From Synechocystis sp. PCC 6803 substr. PCC-P (GTDB taxonomy: Bacteria; Cyanobacteriota; Cyanobacteriia; Cyanobacteriales; Microcystaceae): a stretch of DNA of 32,000 nucleotides. The stretch covers positions 1,020,001 through 1,052,000 of the forward strand of contig NC_017039.1 of the NCBI RefSeq assembly GCF_000284455.1, read 5' to 3'. How positions within the stretch are numbered: the stretch's first letter is position 1; each line of letters opens with the position of its first letter. Made by a program: the position numbers and the translations under genes. The notes under the pieces were generated by a model. That model had not been told where the DNA came from. It searched no databases and saw only the letters and a program-made list of their open reading frames with translations. Of the stretch, positions 1-8,098 are shown in pieces.

Positions 1-45
1 AACCTCAATCCTCCCAACCTCAGTTTTAACTCCCCTCTGACCACG

Positions 46-53
46 GCGATCGC
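46..53. repeat. HIP1 octamer GCGATCGC. This is one representative of about 30 dispersed copies in the window.
   Basis: Exact GCGATCGC at 46-53. By hand scan it recurs near 3940, 5924, 6088, 6987, 7339, 8930, 9509, 10004, 11033, 11770, 15944, 18062, 18327, 18838, 19848, 21437, 22030, 24791-24798, 25957, 27575, 28006, 28528, 30416 and 30945. This density is a known hallmark of many cyanobacterial genomes. Confidence 0.9.
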
Positions 54-62
54 CAAACCACA

Positions 63-1016
63 ATGACCATTGATAACATCCGTCTTAGAAACGAATTTAT
101 TAACACCGAAGTTATTACCCGCAGCAGCGGCAAAAAACTGGGGGTAGTCAAAGAAGTGCTAGTCGATGTCGATCAGCGAGAAATTGTCGCCCTGGGACTG
201 CGGGACAACTTTTTGTCTTTAACCGGGATGCCCCAATATCTTTACCTGAACAGTATTGTCCAAACCGGGGACGTGGTCTTAGTAGAAAACGATGATGTTT
301 TTGAATTGGTGGAAGTGGACCTCTATTCCCCTCTGGTCAATAGCGAAGTGGTTACTGAAACGGGAGAACCCCTGGGTAGGGTAAGGGATTTTCAGTTTGA
401 CCTCGCCACTGGCAAAGTTTCCTCCATTATCATCGCTTCCTTGGGATTACCCCAAATTCCTGACCAACTTATCAGCACCTACGAGCTTTCCATTGACGAG
501 GTGGTGAGCAGTGGTCCCAACCGTTTGATCGTTTTTGAAGGAGCAGAGGAAAGATTAAATCAACTCAGTGTGGGATTACTGGAACGCCTTGGCATTGGCC
601 GTCCTTCTTGGGAACGGATGGAAGAGGATTTGTATTATCCCCCCACTACCCGCCCTGAAAATCAATTGGGCAGTGGCATCCCCGTGCGGCCACCGGTACA
701 AGTCCGTCAACCGGAGCCCGTGTTGGAAGAGCGTTGGAACGAGGACGATTGGCAAGATACCCGCCCTGCGCCGCCCCCTCGTCGGGAAGTGGCCCCTCTG
801 CGTTATCCAGAGCCGGAATATGAAGATGATTATGAAGTGGATAATTGGGGGGAAGCGTCTTCCCGTTCTTCTGCTCCAGAACCGGATTATGATTATGAAG
901 ATGGAGTGGCTGGCGATGTCTGGGACGACGATGAGGCCCCTGCTCCCTACAGCCCTCCCCGGGTGAATATTCCGGAAACCCGCCGGGAAAAAATGCCTGA
1001 ATATTATGAAGAATAG
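63..1016 (+). CDS. PRC-barrel domain protein with a long acidic, Pro/Tyr-rich C-terminal tail
   Basis: 317-aa ATG ORF. It has two N-terminal PRC-barrel-like segments (GKKLGVVKEVLVDVDQREIVAL and GEPLGRVRDFQFDLATGKVSSIII). From about residue 185 it becomes low-complexity P/E/D/Y sequence (PEPEYEDDYE, PEPDYDYEDG). The nested ORF 568..966 is a frame shadow. Confidence 0.75.
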   Translation: MTIDNIRLRNEFINTEVITRSSGKKLGVVKEVLVDVDQREIVALGLRDNFLSLTGMPQYLYLNSIVQTGDVVLVENDDVFELVEVDLYSPLVNSEVVTETGEPLGRVRDFQFDLATGKVSSIIIASLGLPQIPDQLISTYELSIDEVVSSGPNRLIVFEGAEERLNQLSVGLLERLGIGRPSWERMEEDLYYPPTTRPENQLGSGIPVRPPVQVRQPEPVLEERWNEDDWQDTRPAPPPRREVAPLRYPEPEYEDDYEVDNWGEASSRSSAPEPDYDYEDGVAGDVWDDDEAPAPYSPPRVNIPETRREKMPEYYEE

Positions 1017-1066
1017 TCTCTGATTTAACTAGTCTTGCGCCTTTGTTCGGTTATTCGTATTGTAAG

Positions 1067-1289
1067 TAACGTGAGTTCGGGATAAGAAAGATGACTGACA
1101 ATAGGCTACAAGCTTTACAGGTCAATACATTCGGGAATGACATCAGACTCGTGATTTGTGTTTTTGCATCCTCACAAGTGATTTTTTTGAAGTCCTGAAG
1201 CCCCAAATCCCCCAGTGTACTTGGCGAAAAAACCTCCATTGCAGTCAGAGCAATACTTCTAAGGATCGGCTTAACCCGAACTCACGTTA
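1067..1289 (-). mobile_element. MITE-like non-autonomous element, copy A (inverted relative to copy B)
   Basis: 223 nt bounded by TAACGTGAGTTCGGGATAAG at the left end and CTTAACCCGAACTCACGTTA at the right end. That is a 15-nt perfect terminal inverted repeat, or 20 nt with one mismatch. TA is present at both junctions. Its reverse complement aligns end to end with 2308-2531. It has no transposase-sized ORF. Confidence 0.7.
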
Positions 1290-1327
1290 AATATTAACCC
1301 CAGCGTCTTTGCACTCGAACGACTACA

Positions 1328-2263
1328 TTGACTCTCACCCTCTGGAAGCGTTTTCAATCCTCCGCCTCTAACCCTTTAATTTCACCCTGTGACCCTACCG
1401 AGCTCGATATCCTTGCACGCACAACCCTTCTTTCTCCCTGGCAGTTCTACCGCTACGTCTGCAACATTTGCCAGCAAAATGGGCATGAGCGTTTGTATTT
1501 CGGTCATTTGCCTTGTATTTTCTGTGATTATTTGCCAGAACCACTACTTCTTGCCTTTTTTGATCGCTTAGCAGAGAGTGTAGGAAGATCACCGCAGCCC
1601 TTCCCAAAAACAACTCTCCACCTTCAGAGTCTGCAAGGTACTCTGGAACTTCGCATCAGCCATGCTGGAAGTGGAATGATTGGACAGGTAGTTAGGCTTG
1701 ACATAACATACCGGGAGAAGACGCACTCCTGGGCATTTAAAGCCTTTTTCGAACCGGATTTCGTCTGGCAACATGGCGTTTGGTCCGAGATACCAGTAGG
1801 AATATATTTGCGATCCCAGCATGTCACCCGTGACGTAGCGCAGTTCCATGCCGCTGGACTCACCTGGATGCTGTGTGAATGGATCGAACCGGATGATTGT
1901 CCTAAAACTCGCCCTGGACGCTCCTATGATAGTCTAGCTCAACAGCAGCAACTCACACCCCTTAATCCTCTCAACTATGCCAACTACAGTCGCCATGGCA
2001 TTCGCCTTGATCTCGGTGGCATTCAAAAAATCTACTGGGGACGAAGAATTCGCGATTTTGCTTACACGCTGGTTTTCTATCACAGGCGAGTCCATCGGGA
2101 AGGATGGCGCTTTCTCAGTCCCTATCTTAATTGCTGGACTCTCCGCTACCTTCTGGCAAGGGTGAAATGGTTGCTGTTTCTAAGAAGACCAACGTGCGCA
2201 TTTGAACAAAAAGTTACAGTTTCGGACGAAAAGCCTTCAAGGCAAGGGCCTCAAGATTCTTGA
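1328..2263 (+). CDS. Orphan hypothetical protein, possibly a Cys4 zinc ribbon plus a minimal protein-kinase-like core
   Basis: 311-aa ORF, open from 1298. The only plausible start is TTG at 1328, and the first in-frame ATG is at codon 116. It is the sole ORF between the two MITE copies. The motifs CNIC-x14-CIFC, GSGMIGQV, AFK, LDLGGIQ and RDFA were seen by eye. I recognised no family. Confidence 0.5.
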   Translation: MTLTLWKRFQSSASNPLISPCDPTELDILARTTLLSPWQFYRYVCNICQQNGHERLYFGHLPCIFCDYLPEPLLLAFFDRLAESVGRSPQPFPKTTLHLQSLQGTLELRISHAGSGMIGQVVRLDITYREKTHSWAFKAFFEPDFVWQHGVWSEIPVGIYLRSQHVTRDVAQFHAAGLTWMLCEWIEPDDCPKTRPGRSYDSLAQQQQLTPLNPLNYANYSRHGIRLDLGGIQKIYWGRRIRDFAYTLVFYHRRVHREGWRFLSPYLNCWTLRYLLARVKWLLFLRRPTCAFEQKVTVSDEKPSRQGPQDS

Positions 2264-2307
2264 AGTGGAGCATGGCTTAGTATTCGCAACGGAAAAATTT
2301 TGGTAGT

Positions 2308-2531
2308 TAACGCGAGTTCGGGTTAAGCCGATCCTTAGAAGTATTGCTCTGACTGCAATGGAGGCTTTTTCGCCAGCTACACTGGGGGATTTGGGGCTTC
2401 AGGACTTCAAAAAAATCACTTGTGAGGATGAAAAAACAGAAATCATGAGTCTGATGTCATTGCCGAATGTATTGATCTATAAAGCTTTTAGCCCATTGTT
2501 CAGTCCTCTTTCTTATCTCGAACTCACGTTA
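2308..2531 (+). mobile_element. MITE-like non-autonomous element, copy B
   Basis: 224 nt bounded by TAACGCGAGTTCGGGTTAAG and CTTATCTCGAACTCACGTTA. By hand alignment it differs from the reverse complement of 1067-1289 by about 14 substitutions and one 1-nt indel. It ends 1 nt before the pcrA stop codon, which occupies 2533-2535 on the minus strand. Confidence 0.7.
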
Positions 2532-2532
2532 G

Positions 2533-4908
2533 TCAAAGGCGGCGTAGAGGGGCGAAACTGGGGTCAATAATTTTCACACCAATGCCGGGAAATTTGATGG
2601 CCAAATTAGCTTTATGGCCTTTGCCTAAAATGTGGGTCACAGTGCCTTCTCCAAAATTGTTGTGCATTACCCGATCGCCAACATTCCAGATTAGGTCTTT
2701 AGCCGGTTGAGTGGACTGGGAACCAGTTTTTTTTCGGGCTTGTTTTTGGGCAATGGAAGGTCCCTTGGGATCGGCGGCAGGAGCATTGCGACCAGTTCTA
2801 CGACCAGTTGAGCCATCGGCCAATAAATCCGGTGGTAATTCCTGGAGAAATTGGGACGGTATTTTGGTTTCTAAAGAACCCCAGATGTAACGCATGCGAG
2901 CATGGGTCAAAAAGAGATTTTCCTGGGCTCTGGTAATGCCCACGTAACATAAACGGCGTTCCTCTTCTAGATCCAAAGGATCATTTAAACTGCGGGCGTG
3001 GGGGCAAGTGCCCTGCTCCAACCCCACTAAGAAGACCACTGGAAATTCCAGGCCCTTAGCAGAGTGGAGAGTCATGAGGGACACTTCGTCTCCGGATTCC
3101 TCCAGGTCATCAAGGTCGGAAGTGAGGGATGCTGAAGCCAAAAAATCCACTAGGCTAGGGTCTTCACTTTCTGCTTCAAACTGTCGCACTGCATTGTCCA
3201 ATTCCCCCAGGTTGGCCAGGCGATTATCCGCTTCTTCGGTGCCTTTTTGCTTTAAGTCGTCCACATAATTGGATTTTTCCAACACTAAGCTGAGGGCTTC
3301 CGACGCAGAAAGCTCACCAATTTGGCTTTGGATTTCCTGGAGCATGCGGGCAAATTGCAGGGTTTTTTTACCTGATCGCCCGGCCAGAGTATTCACCGAA
3401 GTTTCGTCGGTAATAATTTCCCACAGGGGAATGTCCAATTCCTTAGAGGCATTAACAAAACCTTCAATGGTGGATTTACCGATGCCCCGCCGGGGAGTAT
3501 TGATGATACGCAACAAGCTGACCGTATCCGCCGGATTAACTAACACCCGGAGATAGGCAATGGCATCTTTAATTTCCTGGCGATCGTAGAAGCGAAAACC
3601 ACCGACAATATTGTAGCGAATATTATTATTTAATAGCTGTTCTTCAAAGGCCCGGGATTGGGCATTGGTGCGATATAAAATAGCAAAATCACCAAAATTT
3701 AATTCTGGGTTATTTTTCCTTAAGCTCAGAATTTTATTAATCACAAAACGGGACTCATCCCTTTCATCATCCGCCTGGTAAAGGATAATATCATCTCCGC
3801 CACTCCGGGTAGCCTTGAGGATCTTGTCAATCCGTTGGCTATTATGTTCAATTAAATGGTTAGCCGCTTGGAGGATATTTTCCCGAGAACGGTAATTTTC
3901 CTCTAGTTTGACCATGGTGGTCGTTTCCCCATCCAACAGGCGATCGCCAAAATCCTCTTGGAAATTGAGCAGGATGGTAAAGTCTGCCATGCGGAAACTG
4001 TAAATAGATTGGTCTGCATCCCCCACCACAAAAGTGGAACGCCCCCGCCAATCCCACTCCGACTGCCGTTCTTCCCCATTGGTGCTCAGCAGACGAATTA
4101 AATCATATTGGATGCGATTAGTGTCTTGGTATTCATCCACCAAAATATGGTTAAATTTTCGGTGCCAGTAGCCTAAAACTGATTCATTTTGTTGAAATAA
4201 ACGGGTAGGGATGAGAATTAAATCATCAAAATCTAGAGCGTTATTAGCGGCCAATTGATTTTGGTAAGCTTGGTAAACTTCCGCAATGACCCTACCTTTA
4301 TAACTGGGATTTTCCCTTAGATAGGTCTCCGGTGATTGCCCGAGGTTTTTGGCATTACTGACCTGGTAGCGAATACTCTTAGGATTGAACTGTTTTTCGT
4401 CCAAATCCATATCCTTAGTGACAATGGTCTTAAACAAACTTTGCACGTCACTTTCATCAAAAATGGAAAACTGTTTTGTCCAACGGCGGCCACTGCTGTC
4501 CTGATATTTATCAATGTCGTAGCGGAGAATACGAGAACATAGACTGTGGAAAGTGCCAATCCAGAGGGGTTTCGTAACTGTTTTGTACACCCTGGAAAGC
4601 AACTGTTTTTGTTCATATTTCCCCAACAATTCCCACCGTTGGCTAAATTCCTGTTGGGCCCAGGCTTGGGCAAAAATCTTTTCCAAACGTTCCTTCATTT
4701 CCTTGGCGGCTTTATTGGTAAAGGTTACCGCCAGGATATTTTCCGGATTGATGCGATGCTGACGAATTAGATGGGCAATGCGGTAGGTTAGTGCCCTAGT
4801 TTTCCCTGAGCCGGCCCCGGCCACCACCAAAAGAGGGCCACAAAAATGCTCCACCGCCCGCCGTTGGGAAGGATTGAGGTGGGCAAGGTAGTCGGGGACA
4901 ACAGTCAT
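2533..4908 (-). CDS. pcrA: UvrD/PcrA-type ATP-dependent DNA helicase (superfamily 1A)
   Basis: Walker A AGAGSGKT. Helicase motifs VTFTNKAA, ILVDEYQDTN, VGDADQSIYSFR, LEENYRS, YRTN, LMTLHSAKGLEFPVVF and YVGITRA. The C-terminal Tudor-like tail is GDRVMHNNFGEGTV. The track ORF begins at TTG 4938. I prefer ATG 4908 (MTVVPDYL), but the start is uncertain. Confidence 0.9.
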   Translation of the reverse strand: MTVVPDYLAHLNPSQRRAVEHFCGPLLVVAGAGSGKTRALTYRIAHLIRQHRINPENILAVTFTNKAAKEMKERLEKIFAQAWAQQEFSQRWELLGKYEQKQLLSRVYKTVTKPLWIGTFHSLCSRILRYDIDKYQDSSGRRWTKQFSIFDESDVQSLFKTIVTKDMDLDEKQFNPKSIRYQVSNAKNLGQSPETYLRENPSYKGRVIAEVYQAYQNQLAANNALDFDDLILIPTRLFQQNESVLGYWHRKFNHILVDEYQDTNRIQYDLIRLLSTNGEERQSEWDWRGRSTFVVGDADQSIYSFRMADFTILLNFQEDFGDRLLDGETTTMVKLEENYRSRENILQAANHLIEHNSQRIDKILKATRSGGDDIILYQADDERDESRFVINKILSLRKNNPELNFGDFAILYRTNAQSRAFEEQLLNNNIRYNIVGGFRFYDRQEIKDAIAYLRVLVNPADTVSLLRIINTPRRGIGKSTIEGFVNASKELDIPLWEIITDETSVNTLAGRSGKKTLQFARMLQEIQSQIGELSASEALSLVLEKSNYVDDLKQKGTEEADNRLANLGELDNAVRQFEAESEDPSLVDFLASASLTSDLDDLEESGDEVSLMTLHSAKGLEFPVVFLVGLEQGTCPHARSLNDPLDLEEERRLCYVGITRAQENLFLTHARMRYIWGSLETKIPSQFLQELPPDLLADGSTGRRTGRNAPAADPKGPSIAQKQARKKTGSQSTQPAKDLIWNVGDRVMHNNFGEGTVTHILGKGHKANLAIKFPGIGVKIIDPSFAPLRRL

Positions 4909-5079
4909 GGGCACAGTAACAGTAGGCTTAAGGTTCAATCAACAATTAAGTTTAGCAATCAACCAAGGGAAATTATTTTTTCGCTCTTTTCCGTTTCCAT
5001 GGCAATCGCCCTTCGTTGAGAGATCTACAACCACCATTTATTAACCTGAACTAAATATTGCTTAATGATTTTGAGGGGG

Positions 5080-5601
5080 CTAACTATCGGATTCCGCCTC
5101 AAAGCTATCGGAACTTAGGCGAGCCTGTTTGATCAGGGTTTCCGGGCTAACATTGTCGAGAAAATCCCGAAAAGCTTGTCTTTCTTCTTCGTCCGCATCT
5201 CGATCCACGGGAATGGAAGCATCGGCCAACACTTCTTCCATCACCCAAATGGGACTGTCCATCCGCAACGCGAGGGAAATGGCATCACTGGGGCGGCAGT
5301 CAATTTCCCTAATTTGATCCCCCTGGGCACAACAGAGCACAGCGTAAAAGGTATTATCCTGCAGGGAATGAATAATAATTTTTTTGAGGTCCACATCCCA
5401 GGTGGTGAGGAGATTGACCATCAGGTCATGGGTGAGGGGACGGGTGGGCTTTTGATTTTCCAGGGCTCCGATAATCGACCGAGCTTGGTCTTGGCTGATA
5501 TAAATGGGTAATGCCCGCCGTTCAGATCCATCCTTGAGCAATACGATGGGACTGCGACTTACCGCATCGAGGGCAATGCCAGCTACTCTCATCTCAATCA
5601 T
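5080..5601 (-). CDS. Bifunctional nuclease family protein (DUF151/BFN)
   Basis: 173-aa ORF with typical BFN signatures (PIVLLKD, LPIYI, RPLTHDL, DCRPSDAI.LA). It lies 141 nt upstream of pcrA on the same strand. Confidence 0.8.
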   Translation of the reverse strand: MIEMRVAGIALDAVSRSPIVLLKDGSERRALPIYISQDQARSIIGALENQKPTRPLTHDLMVNLLTTWDVDLKKIIIHSLQDNTFYAVLCCAQGDQIREIDCRPSDAISLALRMDSPIWVMEEVLADASIPVDRDADEEERQAFRDFLDNVSPETLIKQARLSSDSFEAESDS

Positions 5602-5773
5602 TGGGTAGATCCTCTGGGGAACATTGACAGCACAATGCAGGTTTTCATTTTAACTTACTCCTACTCCCCCCAGGGTCATGGCCAGTTGGTCACTAAGGAC
5701 CGTTCCCCCTAAGATGGGGAGGGTTGTCAATTGTCAAAATCACATTACTGCTGGTGGTGGGAGACGTACATTA

Positions 5774-6697
5774 ATGAAAATTATTTTGACTGGGGCGACG
5801 GGTTTTGTGGGGTGCTCTTTGGTGCCTCTACTACATCAACAGGGCCATGAGCTAACTTTGCTGGTGCGTAGTGTGTCTAAGGCCCAACGGTTATTTGCCC
5901 CCGGTAGTTTCCCCCAGTTAAAGGCGATCGCCTATGAAGCCACTAAAAGCGGGGACTGGCAAAAGGTCGTTGATGGCCAGGATGCGGTGATTAATTTGGC
6001 GGGGGAACCCATTTCGGAAAGATGGACAGAAGCTTACAAAGCCGAGATTTTTGATAGCAGAAAGCTGGGCACAGAAAAGTTGGTGGAGGCGATCGCCAAA
6101 GCGGATAGAAAACCCCAAGTAATGATTTCTGGGTCAGCCATAGGTTACTACGGCACCAGCGAGACGGCGACTTTTACGGAAAGTAGTAAGCCTGGAGATG
6201 ATTTTCTGGCGGAAGTTTGTCAGGCGTGGGAAAATGCCGCCCACCAGGTAGAACAGTTGGGAGTTCGGTTAGTAGTTTTTCGCATTGGCATTGTGCTGGG
6301 GGCCGATGGGGGAGCGTTGGCCAAAATGTTGCCACCGTTCAAACTCTTTGCTGGGGGGCCATTGGGCAGTGGAGAACAATGGTTTTCTTGGATTGATCGC
6401 CGGGATTTAATTGCTTTAATTGATAAAGCTTTAACGGACTCAACTTTACGGGGAACGTACAATGCCACAGCGCCCAACCCAGTCAAGATGAAGGAATTTT
6501 GCCACACCCTGGGCAAAGTTTTGGCCCGTCCTTCCTGGTTGCCCGTACCGGATATTGCGTTGGAATTATTGCTGGGGGAAGGGGCCAAGTTAGTGCTGGA
6601 GGGGCAGGAAGTTTTGCCGGGGGCCATTAGCAAAACAGATTTTCAGTTCCAGGCTCCAGATTTAGAAACCAGTTTGCGGCAAATTTTAGGGAGTTAA
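5774..6697 (+). CDS. TIGR01777/YfcH-type NAD-dependent epimerase-like SDR with a DUF1731 C-terminus
   Basis: Rossmann motif [13 protein letters not shown] starts at ATG 5774. The track ORF begins at 5678, but the 32 extra residues look non-native. The C-terminal part is typical of this family ([14 protein letters not shown]). Confidence 0.8.
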
Positions 6698-6747
6698 CCA
6701 ATCCCCAAAATAGCCCCAATGAAGATGCTAGGATGCCTTGATGTAAA

Positions 6748-7992
6748 TTGATTTCGGTTTCCGCTGTGGCCCAGGTAATTGTCGAAAATCTCTACAAAAG
6801 TTTCCCCGCCCAAGGCAAAAACAAAGCTAAAGACGGAGGAACAGTGAATGTGCTTAAGGCCATTAACCTGGAAATTGCCGACGGGGAATTTATGGTGCTG
6901 GTGGGGCCGTCCGGTTGTGGTAAAAGTACTCTACTGCGGCTCATTGCTGGTTTGGAAACCGTTACAGGGGGTAATATTCTCATTGGCGATCGCCGGGTAA
7001 ATGATTTACCGCCCAAAGCCAGGGACATTGCCATGGTGTTCCAAAGCTATGCCCTCTATCCCCACCTGAGTGTTTACGACAACATTGCCTTTGGTTTGCG
7101 GCGCATGCTGGATCGGGAAAATAATCAGACTGAAGATAAATTCCCCCGCTGGGTAGGGGACAGTTTACGGGGCATTACCAAACCTTTGCCAAAATCTTTA
7201 CACTACCTTTCTGCCCAGGAAAAAGTACTGGCTCAACGGGTCAACCAAGTGGCCCAACAATTGCAAATTGACCATTTACTAGACCGGCTGCCCAAACAAT
7301 TATCCGGCGGCCAAAAGCAACGGGTGGCCCTCGGTCGGGCGATCGCCAGAAATCCCCAAGTCTTTTTGATGGATGAACCCCTGTCCAACCTGGATGCCAA
7401 ACTAAGGGCAGAAACCCGCAGTCAGATTGTGCAAATTCAGCGGCAACTGGGCACCACCACCATTTACGTTACCCACGACCAAACCGAAGCCATGACCATG
7501 GGCGATCGTATTGCGGTGCTTAACCAAGGGGTAATTCAACAAATTGCGCCCCCCTTAACTTTGTACAATCAACCCGCCAACCGTTTTGTGGGGGAATTTA
7601 TCGGCTCTCCTCCCATGAATTTTTTTACCCTCAAAGTGGCATCGGCTTCAGTGTTGCAACATCCTGCCTTTGCCCTCAATCTGCCGGAAAAGTGGCATGG
7701 ACTGGTGGCCCCCTACGTAGGTCGTTCCTTGATCCTAGGGGTACGGCCAGAAAGTTTTATCCCTAGTACCGAAGGGTCCAACGCTTTTCCTGTCACAGTA
7801 AATTTGGTTGAAGCCCTCGGTAACGATACTTTTATCTATGCCCATTTAGTGACAGAGCCGGATCTCACCATCCAAGCCCGCATTGCCCCCGATCATCCCC
7901 TCCAGGTGGGGGAACAACTCTGGCTGACAATCAACCCCGAAAAAATTCATCTGTTCGACGCCAAAACTGAACAGGCGATCGACCAACGTTAA
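6748..7992 (+). CDS. MalK/UgpC-like ABC transporter ATP-binding protein (carbohydrate-type), not next to a permease
   Basis: Walker A GPSGCGKST, signature LSGGQKQR, Walker B FLMDEPLSNLD, H-loop YVTHD, and a C-terminal TOBE-like regulatory domain. TTG start. About 33 extra residues sit between FGLR and RVNQVA compared with E. coli MalK. Confidence 0.85.
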   Translation: MISVSAVAQVIVENLYKSFPAQGKNKAKDGGTVNVLKAINLEIADGEFMVLVGPSGCGKSTLLRLIAGLETVTGGNILIGDRRVNDLPPKARDIAMVFQSYALYPHLSVYDNIAFGLRRMLDRENNQTEDKFPRWVGDSLRGITKPLPKSLHYLSAQEKVLAQRVNQVAQQLQIDHLLDRLPKQLSGGQKQRVALGRAIARNPQVFLMDEPLSNLDAKLRAETRSQIVQIQRQLGTTTIYVTHDQTEAMTMGDRIAVLNQGVIQQIAPPLTLYNQPANRFVGEFIGSPPMNFFTLKVASASVLQHPAFALNLPEKWHGLVAPYVGRSLILGVRPESFIPSTEGSNAFPVTVNLVEALGNDTFIYAHLVTEPDLTIQARIAPDHPLQVGEQLWLTINPEKIHLFDAKTEQAIDQR

Positions 7993-8098
7993 AGAAATCA
8001 ACCCAAGCCCATTTTACCCACCATCCAGCCGAGGTTAATAGAAAAACAAGATAAACTGGGGCTGAGTCCGCCCAAACCTATCAGACCCTTACCAGCCA

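Larger units (their letters stand above)
1067..2531. mobile_element. Composite-transposon-like block: inverted MITE pair bracketing one cargo ORF
   Basis: The same ends of the two copies (the ...ATAAGAAAG ends) face outward. This gives 223-nt long terminal inverted repeats around ORF 1328-2263. The block fills the convergent intergenic gap between the PRC-barrel gene and pcrA. Confidence 0.45.

Noticed and set aside
1051-1239. A 62-aa ORF (minus strand) inside MITE copy A, and its counterpart, the 70-aa ORF 2358..2570 (plus strand) inside copy B. The two have similar N-terminal sequences (ME.FSP.TLGDLGLQDFKKITCED...).
   Set aside because: The similarity only reflects the ~93% nucleotide identity of the repeats. 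All 10 codons that differ between the two copies are non-synonymous (V/A, S/A, A/E, Q/E, T/M, F/L, T/I, C/Y, C/F, L/P). A 1-nt indel then shifts the frame, so nothing points to coding constraint. The ORFs also run out of the repeat into flanking DNA.
1020-2532. Absence of HIP1 (GCGATCGC) across the MITE/cargo block, as possible evidence for recent foreign origin.
   Set aside because: By my scan, HIP1-free gaps of about 4 kb also occur over clearly native genes (54-3939, covering most of pcrA, and 11778-15943, covering the Omp85 gene and prfC). A 1.5-kb gap therefore tells us nothing. Hand-counted G+C for two lines of the cargo ORF (about 47-55%) is not unusual either.
5678-5773. N-terminal extensions offered by the ORF track: 5678 for the epimerase, 10450 for purC, 22561 for the PCP_red protein, 30715 for the small membrane protein, and 4938 (TTG) for pcrA.
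   Set aside because: In each case an internal ATG coincides with the conserved family N-terminus ([20 protein letters not shown], and so on). The extra residues look non-native. The starts remain unverified without TSS or proteomic data.
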